Assembly: GCA_964544275.1 (NCBI GenBank)
Contig: CAZIZX010000003.1
Coordinates: 107,705 to 171,704, forward strand
Origin: an uncultured Gammaproteobacteria bacterium
GTDB taxonomy: Bacteria > Patescibacteriota > Microgenomatia > UBA12405
Length of the DNA stretch: 64,000 bases
Direction: 5' to 3'
Numbering within the stretch: position 1 is the stretch's first letter; each line of letters starts with the position of its first letter. Position numbers and translations under genes: made by a program. Shown one piece after another: positions 29,964-38,928 of the stretch. The notes beneath the pieces were generated by a model that worked only from the letters and a program-made list of their open reading frames with translations, was not told the origin of the DNA and did no database searches.

Positions 29964-31769
29964 ATGCATTATACCTGCCGCTCCTTTATTGGCAGCTCCA
30001 ACCAGCACAGTTGGTCCCAATATTGGGAAAACGAACCTGACGATCCGCAAATTGTCTCTCAACGGGGCCATCTTTTTGCTTTAATTAGTCTTGCCTCCGC
30101 CGATACTCAAAAAGAAATCAACATTATCGGCCACGATCTCATTACCGAAATTAGTCAGGCTTATTTTTCCTCTCTGGAAAATCCGCCTTCTGTCCATCTG
30201 AAAAATATTTTAGAAGACATTATCCAAAACCCCCTTTACCACCATCTCCAAATTAATCTGATCATAGCTGTAGCTCATCAGTCGCGTCTTCATCTGGCCG
30301 CTGTCAATTCTACTCTGGCCATATTCAACCGTGCCGATAAGCTCGGGGTTTTATTAACTGGTCAGGATGGCCAGATCAATACTATCTCCGGGCCGATATC
30401 TGATGGAGACAAATTCATGTTAGCCACCTCAGCTTTTTTGGACAATATTCCTCTTCAATATTTAAAATCCGTCATCCCTGGCCCTAGTGTTCAGGATATT
30501 GAAGAAAGCCTTTTATCTCGGCTCTATTCCGTCAACAACCAAGACAACCTGGCTGCTGTTTTAGTCCAAGTCCACACCCGCGAGATTGACTCTGACTTTA
30601 TTCCTGATTTACCCCCTCCATCCGCTCTCCGCCAGGACCCTCAGCCCCCCAAAAAATCCATATTCATTTCTAATCACGACATTAGCCAAGTTACCCGCCG
30701 CAAGAAACTGAATTTCATTGTCGCTCTTATTTTACTGATGGCCTTATCAGCCAGTGCCCTTTTTGGTTATCGCAAAAATCAGTCTGACAAAATCCAAGCT
30801 CGTTACCAGGAACTCAAAACTCAGCTCGACCAAAAACTCGATAACGCCGATCAGGTAAAAAACTTAAATCTTGATTCAGCCCTCGAGTTGGCCCGCCAGT
30901 CTCAGGATATCTACAGCCAAATAGCCGCTCTTTCCCTCCACTCGAAGGATTTGGAGAAGTATCAACAACGTATCCAAAGCCTACTCTCGCAAACCGGTTC
31001 CGCCGATAATTTTGAACCTGAATTCTATTACGACACTTCCTTTATTCATGATAACCCTCACTACTCCCGTCTGATTTCTGCCGGTCCGACACTTTATTTG
31101 CTTGACCAACAATCCGGCCGGATTGACTCCGTTGGTGCTAGCCAAAGAAATACCGCCAATATTTCCCTGGCCGATAAACTTAAACAGGTCCATCTCCTTA
31201 CCGAAATAAACGGCAAAATATACGCTTCTTCCGATGACGACATATTTTTGGTCAGCAAAAATAATCTGGAACCAAAAGCCAAAGTTTCCGACAACGATAT
31301 TAAACCCATCGCCATGGCCTCATGGAACGGCGCCATCTACCTGCTCGATAGTAACCAAAACACGATTTGGAAATTTACTCCCAATTCATCCGGTTTCGGG
31401 TCTGCCCAAGCCTGGCTCAGCCCCAATCAAAAAATTTCTGGCACCGCCTCATCCATGGCCATTAATGGCAAAATCTGGATCGTTTCTGAATCGGGCCAGA
31501 TCCAACCTTTCGATAGGGGATCCCGGGTCAATTTCTCTCCTCCTCAAGCCTCATTTACCCAAGTTTCCAGTCTTGCCACCACCCTCGAATCCGGTATCTT
31601 AGCTTTTGTCGATAACCGCAACCTGATCTACGTCTTTGACAAAAATGGCCAATCAAAGGCTAAATATAACTTGGGTGATCATCAAGTTTTGGATGTCGCC
31701 ATCAACGAACCACTCAACACTATTTTCCTTTTGGCCAACGACCAAAAAATCTACAAAATTCCACTGTAA
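29964..31769 (+). CDS. hypothetical multidomain protein (degenerate PP2C-like N-domain, TM, coiled coil, beta-repeat C-terminus)
   Basis: 601 aa. The N-terminal about 220 aa loosely follow PP2C/SpoIIE spacing but lack DGMGG. Mid TM helix LNFIVALILLMALSASALFGY, a coiled-coil stretch, then a repeated NG-K/A-IY/W motif about every 45 aa. Confidence 0.35.
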   Translation: MHYTCRSFIGSSNQHSWSQYWENEPDDPQIVSQRGHLFALISLASADTQKEINIIGHDLITEISQAYFSSLENPPSVHLKNILEDIIQNPLYHHLQINLIIAVAHQSRLHLAAVNSTLAIFNRADKLGVLLTGQDGQINTISGPISDGDKFMLATSAFLDNIPLQYLKSVIPGPSVQDIEESLLSRLYSVNNQDNLAAVLVQVHTREIDSDFIPDLPPPSALRQDPQPPKKSIFISNHDISQVTRRKKLNFIVALILLMALSASALFGYRKNQSDKIQARYQELKTQLDQKLDNADQVKNLNLDSALELARQSQDIYSQIAALSLHSKDLEKYQQRIQSLLSQTGSADNFEPEFYYDTSFIHDNPHYSRLISAGPTLYLLDQQSGRIDSVGASQRNTANISLADKLKQVHLLTEINGKIYASSDDDIFLVSKNNLEPKAKVSDNDIKPIAMASWNGAIYLLDSNQNTIWKFTPNSSGFGSAQAWLSPNQKISGTASSMAINGKIWIVSESGQIQPFDRGSRVNFSPPQASFTQVSSLATTLESGILAFVDNRNLIYVFDKNGQSKAKYNLGDHQVLDVAINEPLNTIFLLANDQKIYKIPL

Positions 31770-31771
31770 AC

Positions 31772-32212
31772 TTGGGGTATAATTCAAAAATGAGGCATTT
31801 TAATCGGGAGTCTCGAGACTATCAATTTGTCGACAAGATCGAAGCCGGACTGGTGCTAACCGGGTCCGACGCCAAATCTTTGCGCACCCAAACCCCTCAA
31901 TTTGCTAATTCCAAGGTTGAGATTCAAAACGGCCAACCGGTAATTTTCAACCTTCACATCCCCGTCTACAAATATTCCCAGGGCCAACCCATTGACACCA
32001 CCCGCACTCGCTCCCTCCTTCTCTCCCAAAAACAAATCGCCAAACTCATCTCCTATCGTCACCAAAAATACATGATCATCCCTATCGCCATTTTTACCCG
32101 TGGTAAATGGTTCAAAGTCGAACTTGGCGTTGGCCGCAAACTCAAAAAATTCGAAAAAAGGCAAAAACTTAAAGCTAAGGAATTCAAAAAGAATGCTAAC
32201 ATGAATACATGA
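31772..32212 (+). CDS. smpB: SsrA-binding protein SmpB
   Basis: 146 aa. VDKIEAGLVLTGSDAKSLRT, TRTRSLLLSQKQIAKLI and a basic C-terminal tail match SmpB. Confidence 0.8.
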   Translation: MGYNSKMRHFNRESRDYQFVDKIEAGLVLTGSDAKSLRTQTPQFANSKVEIQNGQPVIFNLHIPVYKYSQGQPIDTTRTRSLLLSQKQIAKLISYRHQKYMIIPIAIFTRGKWFKVELGVGRKLKKFEKRQKLKAKEFKKNANMNT

Positions 32213-33663
32213 GTGGCTTGTTTGGTGTCACCTCCTCCATTGACTGTCCTCAAATTCTCTTCTACGGTACCGATTACCAGTCCCATCTTGGTACCCAAAA
32301 AGCCGGTTTAGCTGTTCTAAATCATCGTATCTATCGGAGTATTCACAATATTTCTACTTCTCAATTCAAGTCCCGTTTTGGCGATGAAATTAAAAAAATG
32401 AAAGGTAGCATGGGCATTGGCGTTATCTCCGACAACGAACCTCAGCCCATAATTATTTCTTCCTCTTTTGGTACTTTTGCTCTGGTCACTTCCGGCCTGC
32501 TGGTCAACAAAAATCAATTGGTTCGGCAAATTATGAAACAGGGCGGCAGCTTTTCTGAATTAAGCGGCGGCCAAATTAACCCCACCGAAGTCGTTGGCAA
32601 AATAATCGCCCAAAAAGAAAACGTTGTCGAGGGCATTCGTCATTTATTTTCTCAGACAAAGGGCTCTCTTTGTCTTCTGGTTTTAACCAAAAAAGGCATT
32701 TACGCCGCCCGTGATCCCATGGGTCGAAGCACCCTGGTTGTCGGTCAAAAAGGCTCCAGTCTGGCCGTATCTTCGGAAACTTGTGCTTTCCCAAACCTGG
32801 GCTATCGCGTTCACTCTGAATTATCTCCCGGTCAAATTGTTCTTCTTGCCCCAAACGGTCTGCTCCAATCCCAATATCCCGGACATAAGTCCAAAAAAGT
32901 TTGTTCATTTCTTTGGATCTATACTGGTTATCCGGCCTCTTCTTACGAAGGTATATCCGTCGAAGCTGTTCGTGAGCGCTCCGGTATCAATTTGGCCAAA
33001 CACGATACCGTTTCAGCCGACTTCGTTACCGGCGTTCCCGATTCCGGTATTGCCCATGCTATCGGCTATACCATTCAGTCTGGTATCCCGTATCGCCGAG
33101 CTCTGGTCAAATACACTCCGGGTTATGGCCGCAGCTACACCCCGCCTTCGCAGAACACCCGCGACCAGGTCGCCCAGATGAAACTTATTCCGGTCCCCCA
33201 AATTATCAAAGGCCAAAAAATTGTTATTTGTGATGATTCCATTGTCCGTGGTACTCAACTCAAAAATCAGGCCATCAAAAAACTTTGGGATTGCGGTGCC
33301 AGGGAAATTCACGTTCGTATTGCCTGTCCTCCTCTCATGTTTCCCTGTCCCTACCTGCTTTCAACCCGAAAGATTTCGGAATTAGCCGCCCGCCGGGCCA
33401 TCGATAAAACTTTTAAAAATCCTCCCTCCAGTCTGGAACCCTTTTTAGACCCTTCATCATTATCGTATCGGAAAATGAATGAATATCTTCGTCAGGAATT
33501 AGGCGTTACTTCACTTGTCTATCAAAGCGTCCCCTCTATGGTCCAGGCCATTGGTTTACCCCAAACCCAGCTTTGTCTTCACTGCTGGCAGGGCCAGAAG
33601 AAAAAGGAACCGATTCTTGCGGAGATGCCCGGGAATGACCCAGGGTCCGAATATCGACTCTAA
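32209..33663 (+). CDS. amidophosphoribosyltransferase-like protein (PurF family) with substituted glutaminase nucleophile
   Basis: N-terminal MSGLFGV aligns to PurF MCGVFGI, with Ser in place of the catalytic Cys. The PRTase motifs VTGVPDSG and IVICDDSIVRGT are intact. Fe-S ligand cysteines are present (CSFLWIY, FPCPY, CLHCW). Confidence 0.7.
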   Translation: MSGLFGVTSSIDCPQILFYGTDYQSHLGTQKAGLAVLNHRIYRSIHNISTSQFKSRFGDEIKKMKGSMGIGVISDNEPQPIIISSSFGTFALVTSGLLVNKNQLVRQIMKQGGSFSELSGGQINPTEVVGKIIAQKENVVEGIRHLFSQTKGSLCLLVLTKKGIYAARDPMGRSTLVVGQKGSSLAVSSETCAFPNLGYRVHSELSPGQIVLLAPNGLLQSQYPGHKSKKVCSFLWIYTGYPASSYEGISVEAVRERSGINLAKHDTVSADFVTGVPDSGIAHAIGYTIQSGIPYRRALVKYTPGYGRSYTPPSQNTRDQVAQMKLIPVPQIIKGQKIVICDDSIVRGTQLKNQAIKKLWDCGAREIHVRIACPPLMFPCPYLLSTRKISELAARRAIDKTFKNPPSSLEPFLDPSSLSYRKMNEYLRQELGVTSLVYQSVPSMVQAIGLPQTQLCLHCWQGQKKKEPILAEMPGNDPGSEYRL

Positions 33664-34133
33664 AAAACTTACTACAAGCTTAATTTACTTTATCCTTCAT
33701 TTCCAACAACTAAAGCAAATCAAAAGTATTGGAATGTCGATTGTCGGAGGCATTACCCTCCGCTTATTTACTTAAAAAATCGAGATTTTAAGTACAGCAT
33801 TCTGGTTTAATTGACACCGTCTTACACCTCTCCAGAATAGGGGAGCAAGCGATGGTCGATTCCCACTCAGGCAAAAGCCAGAACAGGAGCCCTGGTCGAA
33901 GAGAATAAATTAATATTCTCAGCCACCTTGGCTAGATCAACACCAAAAGATTTTTTGGCATTTTTATTTTGACATTTGTTTAACGACTCTAAAGTCAAAG
34001 TCGGCTTGCAGTTTTTCAAAGTACAACTCCGTCGATGCAATACATCTCCATACCTTCATTATATCAAAATTATCCCAAAATTACCACTCTTTCATTCTAT
34101 TGATTCTCATCTAATTTAGCCCACAATTAATCA

Positions 34134-34769
34134 ATGTCACTCATCCTTGACTTGATCTTCCCCAAAAAGTGTTATATCTGCGGCCAATTCGGACACTACA
34201 TCTGCCCCGGATGTTACCCGTCTTTAAATCCCAACAGTATCATCGACACTCCCGATTCCGTCTTTGAGGGCCGCCTCTCCCTCTTTCCCTACAAGGATGC
34301 CGTTCAATCTATTATTCACGATCTGAAATATAACTATGTTACTGATTTATTGCCTGACTTGGCCTGTTTAATTAACTACCACCTCCACGCCTCCTTCCCT
34401 CATCTTCTCTCCTATTGGTCGGACCATAAATTCAAAATTGTCCCCATCCCTCTCCACCCTCGTCGCCAAAACTGGCGCGGATTTAATCAATCGGAAGCTC
34501 TTGCTCGGCAGTTATTATTATTTACCAAAATTCCCGTTCTAACCGATTTAATCCAAAAAAAGGACAATACCTCACCCCAGGCACAGCTCAATCGTTCTAC
34601 TCGTTCGACCAATCCTCACTCTTTCTCGTTAAGTCCAGGTAATTCAATCCGCCCCCAGAATATAATTCTTTTTGATGATGTTTACACTACCGGTAGTACC
34701 ATTAAATCGGCCGCTGCCTGTTTACATCCCCACGTATCAAATATCTGGGTCTTCACTCTGGCCGGTTAG
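34134..34769 (+). CDS. comFC: ComF family protein (ComFC/GntX, PRTase domain)
   Basis: N-terminal zinc finger CYICG...CPGC and C-terminal PRTase motif IILFDDVYTTGSTI. Confidence 0.65.
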   Translation: MSLILDLIFPKKCYICGQFGHYICPGCYPSLNPNSIIDTPDSVFEGRLSLFPYKDAVQSIIHDLKYNYVTDLLPDLACLINYHLHASFPHLLSYWSDHKFKIVPIPLHPRRQNWRGFNQSEALARQLLLFTKIPVLTDLIQKKDNTSPQAQLNRSTRSTNPHSFSLSPGNSIRPQNIILFDDVYTTGSTIKSAAACLHPHVSNIWVFTLAG

Positions 34770-35449
34770 TTATCTCGGCGCGTCATATTACCCGAAATTA
34801 GCCGATTATTTCGAATATCATCGGGCGTTTTGGATGTTTGTCCATTGTTGTCGCTGACACTGGCTTCTTCTTCAATCAAAATTCCCTCAATCGGCGTCAA
34901 AGAGCTCAGATAAAAATTATCTACCTGAAGACCGTGCCCTTCCAGCGATTCTTTCAACTCTGATCTTATCTCATCCTCAATCATACTCCTGTTGGTTGAT
35001 AACGCCTGAGACAATGAATGATTAGTCAATACTTTTCTGATTCTGCTTCGCGTCACTGGCCTGACCACTTTGGATACGAAATTCTCACCAATATTCTGCC
35101 AAATTTCGGGCAATCTTTCTGTATCTAATTTTATCAGCACGGTTGCTTCCACCGCCACAAACTTATTGTCGGCCGTAACCGCATTGATGATTTCATCTCC
35201 CATCATTTCTTTGTTCTCTTTTAGTACCACATCCTTGGCGACGGTATATTCAATCAGTTGGGCATTAAATAGTTTAACCCTATGGATCAATGGAATTTTA
35301 AAGTGCATTCCCGGGTGCCAGACATTTTTTAAAACTCCCCGGAAAACAGAATATATGCACCCCACATGTCCCGGCGGGACTGTAACAATAAACCCTCCGA
35401 CTACTTCATCTACAAAAAGGGATACTAATAAATTATCTATAGATGCCAT
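34766..35449 (-). CDS. SPFH/Band 7 domain protein
   Basis: TVPPGHVGCIYSVFRGVLKNVWHPGMHFKIPLIHRV...ATVLIKL is consistent with the SPFH fold. No N-terminal TM. Confidence 0.5.
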   Translation of the reverse strand: MASIDNLLVSLFVDEVVGGFIVTVPPGHVGCIYSVFRGVLKNVWHPGMHFKIPLIHRVKLFNAQLIEYTVAKDVVLKENKEMMGDEIINAVTADNKFVAVEATVLIKLDTERLPEIWQNIGENFVSKVVRPVTRSRIRKVLTNHSLSQALSTNRSMIEDEIRSELKESLEGHGLQVDNFYLSSLTPIEGILIEEEASVSDNNGQTSKTPDDIRNNRLISGNMTRRDN

Positions 35450-36118
35450 TTAATTGTCACCAATTATAACATCAAACCCCGAAGCCAGTTCAGTCAGCTC
35501 TTTCTCCGGATTCTTTGCCTTTACCACATCTGAAGCTACCAGGATACCTTTAGCCCCACAGTCCAAAGATATTCTCACATCTTCTACCGAATGGATTCCC
35601 GCCCCCACCAGGACCGGAATTTTAGAATATTTTTTGACTATCTTCTTTATTACTTCCGCCTTTTCCGTCGCCACCGATTTGGTTTTGCTACCGATAAGCT
35701 CTCTGGGTTCATAAGCGATATAATCAGGCTTAATATTTTTTGCCCAGCCTTCACATTGTCCCAAAGTTTGCAGACACACCACTGATACAAAATTTTTCGG
35801 CCAGCTTTTCAGTATCGACCTTATTGTCCCCGGTGGCATTCTTCTTTCCGAGTGGTTCAACAAACTTCCCCACACTCCCAAGGCTTGAGCTTGAACTGTC
35901 GAAATTGATCCGGTAAAAGCCCCTTTTCTACTTCCTTCCACCGTTTGAATCAAAACTTCTGTTCCCGCTTCTTTTTTTATTCTGTCCGCATCAAAAGGTG
36001 TTACTACCGGTAATATCATGACCCCACTTTTTTCCGCCACCTTCCGACATATTTTAGCCAGTTTCATGGCTCCGTCACCAAAACTTTCCTCATATACCTT
36101 AAAATTTACTAGAATCAT
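35450..36118 (-). CDS. tpiA: triosephosphate isomerase, archaeal-type (short form)
   Basis: 222 aa starting MILVNFKVYEESFG. C-terminal GAGIHSVEDVRISLDCGAKGILVASDVVKA matches the archaeal TIM layout (about 225 aa) rather than the bacterial 250-aa RKFFVGGNWK form. Confidence 0.55.
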   Translation of the reverse strand: MILVNFKVYEESFGDGAMKLAKICRKVAEKSGVMILPVVTPFDADRIKKEAGTEVLIQTVEGSRKGAFTGSISTVQAQALGVWGSLLNHSERRMPPGTIRSILKSWPKNFVSVVCLQTLGQCEGWAKNIKPDYIAYEPRELIGSKTKSVATEKAEVIKKIVKKYSKIPVLVGAGIHSVEDVRISLDCGAKGILVASDVVKAKNPEKELTELASGFDVIIGDN

Positions 36119-37653
36119 TTCTTCTTTATTTGATATTTTAAGACTAGCTGATTAATTCCGCTTCTCAAATCGTCCACCACATTTTGCGGCAGTTGGTTAT
36201 TTTTGGTAATTTTGTTAATTGCATCTTTAAAATAGGCCATCATTTCTTCATTGACCCCGTCGCCCTCATGGGTTCGGGAGCAAAGGTACCAGGAAGTAGC
36301 GTCATTGGCTCCGGTTATAAATGGCTTTACCTTTGGGTTGGTGGCAATGCTATTTGCCATACTGATCCGGGGATAAATTTCTCCAAACGCTCTGATGTCG
36401 GAAGCTGCCTTATACATTTTTTCCAGAGTTTCTTTGCTGGCCAAAAACTCCATAAAATTCCAGGCTTCTTTCTGATATCGGCTGCGAGCGCTCACTCCTT
36501 CTACCCAATATGACGCCCAATGAATGTTTGTAATATTATCCGGAGAATCACTGCTTTCTATTTGGTCCATCAGAGCATCTTTCAGTGTTGGCAACTGGGG
36601 AACGGTCATTATTTCGTATTTTAAATTCGGATTTTTATCTCCAAAATTAAATACCCTCCATGACGGTCCAAAATAAAACGCCAATTTTCCGTTAGCAAAA
36701 AAATCTGTCGATGATGGCAAGGTCTCGTCCCACACCCGATGCTTAGTCTGAAATAATGTGTAATAAGTCAGCACGTCAGCCAATTTGTTGTTATTAATTT
36801 CATCATTTTTTGTCAAGTCCACCCCATTTTGTTTTGCCATCAATCCCACAATATCGCTCCAATGGTCCACATTTTCCGCCGACCCCATCGCTACCCCCGA
36901 CACTTTAATCTTTCCTTCTTCATCTCTTACCGTCAGTCTGTTAGCCGCCGCTTCCAGTCCCCACCAGGTTCGGGGTAATTTCACCTGTGCTGATTCAATC
37001 AGTTCCTTGTTGTAGAATAGGGACAAGCCATCATACATGATCGGAACCGCCTTATAACTGCCTCCCACCAGTAAGTCTTCTTTATAAACATCAAAAAAAT
37101 CAGTCTCCAGCTCTAATGCATTGGCCGTTGTTATCGGCACCGCTGCCAAATCTTCATTAAAACCGGGAACCCAGGTATTGTGAATTCTAAAAATATCCGG
37201 CACTTCCACCTCATCCGGGTCCCTCGTTAATCTGCTTTTTAATCTGCTTCTGTAATCTGTTTGTTCATGTTTTATATAAGCAATTTCTATGTTTGGGTGT
37301 ATGGCCGTATAGTCGTCGATAGCTCCCTGTATCACCGACTCTTCTTCCCACAAGCCCCAATAAACCAATCTGATCTTTTCCTCTTCTTCAGTCAGAAACA
37401 TTGGCAGCAGAAACTTATATCCAACAAAACCCAGCAAGACAACCAGTACTCCAATTCCGCCCCAAATTACTCCTTTACTCACTTTTTTCTTTTCTTCCGT
37501 CACCCCTTCAGATTCACTCGTTCCGCCATTACTCGGATTATCAATGTTTCCCACTCTTTCAGTCGGCGCTACCACCACTTCAGCCCTTGCTTCCTCAGGC
37601 GCCGGCGCAACTTCTCTCGAAGGTAACGGTGACTGGATTTCATCTTGGTTCAC
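36115..37653 (-). CDS. ABC transporter substrate-binding protein (family 1, sugar-type), membrane-anchored
   Basis: N-terminal low-complexity region plus TM anchor, then an SBP_bac_1-like domain (VYWGLWEEE..., multiple W/Y-rich blocks). No cognate permease or ATPase is adjacent. Confidence 0.55.
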   Translation of the reverse strand: MNQDEIQSPLPSREVAPAPEEARAEVVVAPTERVGNIDNPSNGGTSESEGVTEEKKKVSKGVIWGGIGVLVVLLGFVGYKFLLPMFLTEEEEKIRLVYWGLWEEESVIQGAIDDYTAIHPNIEIAYIKHEQTDYRSRLKSRLTRDPDEVEVPDIFRIHNTWVPGFNEDLAAVPITTANALELETDFFDVYKEDLLVGGSYKAVPIMYDGLSLFYNKELIESAQVKLPRTWWGLEAAANRLTVRDEEGKIKVSGVAMGSAENVDHWSDIVGLMAKQNGVDLTKNDEINNNKLADVLTYYTLFQTKHRVWDETLPSSTDFFANGKLAFYFGPSWRVFNFGDKNPNLKYEIMTVPQLPTLKDALMDQIESSDSPDNITNIHWASYWVEGVSARSRYQKEAWNFMEFLASKETLEKMYKAASDIRAFGEIYPRISMANSIATNPKVKPFITGANDATSWYLCSRTHEGDGVNEEMMAYFKDAINKITKNNQLPQNVVDDLRSGINQLVLKYQIKKK

Positions 37654-37717
37654 ACTAATATCATATCAAAATTAGTACCGATAGATTGTCTGTTATTAAT
37701 TTGTTAAACTAAAACTT

Positions 37718-38470
37718 ATGTCACCTCTGTTAATGTCCCTTGTTTCCGCACTAATCATCAGCTCTATCTCTCTTTTTACCCTGTTTTTATTTTTTACCAG
37801 AACCTCTCTAATCAAAAAAACTACTATTTACCTGGTTGCCTTCGCTGTCGGCAGTCTGTTGGGGGATGCTCTGATTCATCTTTTACCTGAATCTTTTGAA
37901 CAAATCGAACCAGCCCTTTTGGTTTCTTTGCTCACTATTGCGGGCATGCTTATCTTTTTTATCATCGAAAAATTCCTCCGCTGGCGTCACTGTCATGATC
38001 CTGACTGCCAGGAAGACCAGCACGGCCCCATTATTGCTCTAAATTTAATTGGGGATTCCGTTCACAATTTAATCGATGGCATGCTTATTGCCGCTAGCTT
38101 TTTGGTTAGTCCGGCCCTGGGTATCAGCACCTCGCTGGCGGTTGCCTTTCACGAACTTCCGCAGGAAATAGGGGATTTCAGCATCCTCATCCATAGTGGT
38201 TTAAGTCTGAAGAAAACCGTCAAGTTCAATTTTGCTTCCGCCCTTTTCAGTCTTTTAGGGGTACTTTTTACCTTTCTTCTGGGCACCAAAATCAACAATT
38301 TTTCTCTTTATCTTCTTCCGGTCACCGCCGGTGGTTTTATCTATCTGGCCGCTTCAGACCTGATTCCCGAACTCCATCGTCAGTCCAACCGCACCCGTTC
38401 GTCCGTTTTTCAGCTCTTACTCTTGAGTTTGGGTGTTGGTTTTATGGTCTTACTCTCATTCTTGGAGTAA
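37718..38470 (+). CDS. zupT: ZIP family metal transporter
   Basis: HNLIDGMLIAASF and HELPQEIGDF motifs with 8 TM helices, typical of ZupT. Confidence 0.75.
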   Translation: MSPLLMSLVSALIISSISLFTLFLFFTRTSLIKKTTIYLVAFAVGSLLGDALIHLLPESFEQIEPALLVSLLTIAGMLIFFIIEKFLRWRHCHDPDCQEDQHGPIIALNLIGDSVHNLIDGMLIAASFLVSPALGISTSLAVAFHELPQEIGDFSILIHSGLSLKKTVKFNFASALFSLLGVLFTFLLGTKINNFSLYLLPVTAGGFIYLAASDLIPELHRQSNRTRSSVFQLLLLSLGVGFMVLLSFLE

Positions 38471-38511
38471 TCTTTTATTCAAAAACACCCATTATTCAGT
38501 TATCATTAAGT

Positions 38512-38928
38512 ATGAATCTGAACGTCTACACCGATGGTGGTTCCCGGGGTAATCCCGGTATTTCCGGCTATGGTATGGCCATTTATGACCAATCCGGCCA
38601 ACTTGTTTATCAGGCGGCAAAATTTTTGGGAATCAAAACCAATAACGAAGCCGAATATTTAGGATTGATCGCCGCCCTAAATTGGGTCAGGGATAATCAG
38701 GACAAACTAAATCCCACCTTAGTCAATTTTTATTCAGATTCTCAACTCCTGATTCGTCAGGTCCAAGGTTTATACAAAGTAAAATCTTCCAATCTTATTC
38801 ATCTTCACCAGACCGTCAGGGATTTGATTAACCAAGTTGATGCCAAATGTCACTTTAATAATATCCGAAGAGAGTCCAACAAAATTGCCGACAATTTAGC
38901 CAATCAGGCCATGGATCAACGATTATGA
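38512..38928 (+). CDS. rnhA: ribonuclease HI
   Basis: VYTDGGSRGNPGISGYGMAI...NNEAEYLGLIAAL...FYSDSQLLI and a C-terminal D are the RNase H catalytic DEDD layout. 138 aa. Confidence 0.8.
   Translation: MNLNVYTDGGSRGNPGISGYGMAIYDQSGQLVYQAAKFLGIKTNNEAEYLGLIAALNWVRDNQDKLNPTLVNFYSDSQLLIRQVQGLYKVKSSNLIHLHQTVRDLINQVDAKCHFNNIRRESNKIADNLANQAMDQRL

Noticed and set aside
33515-33775. 86-aa ORF overlapping the 3' end of the purF-like gene and extending into the long intergenic gap
   Set aside because: It overlaps a confident gene in another frame and shows no motif. The gap is treated as non-coding with a possible ncRNA instead.
33664-34133. Possible tmRNA (ssrA) next to smpB
   Set aside because: I could not find the tRNA-like 3' end (GGTTCGA-type T-arm followed by an acceptor and CCA) or a tag reading frame by eye. 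This is left as an open question, not an annotated feature.
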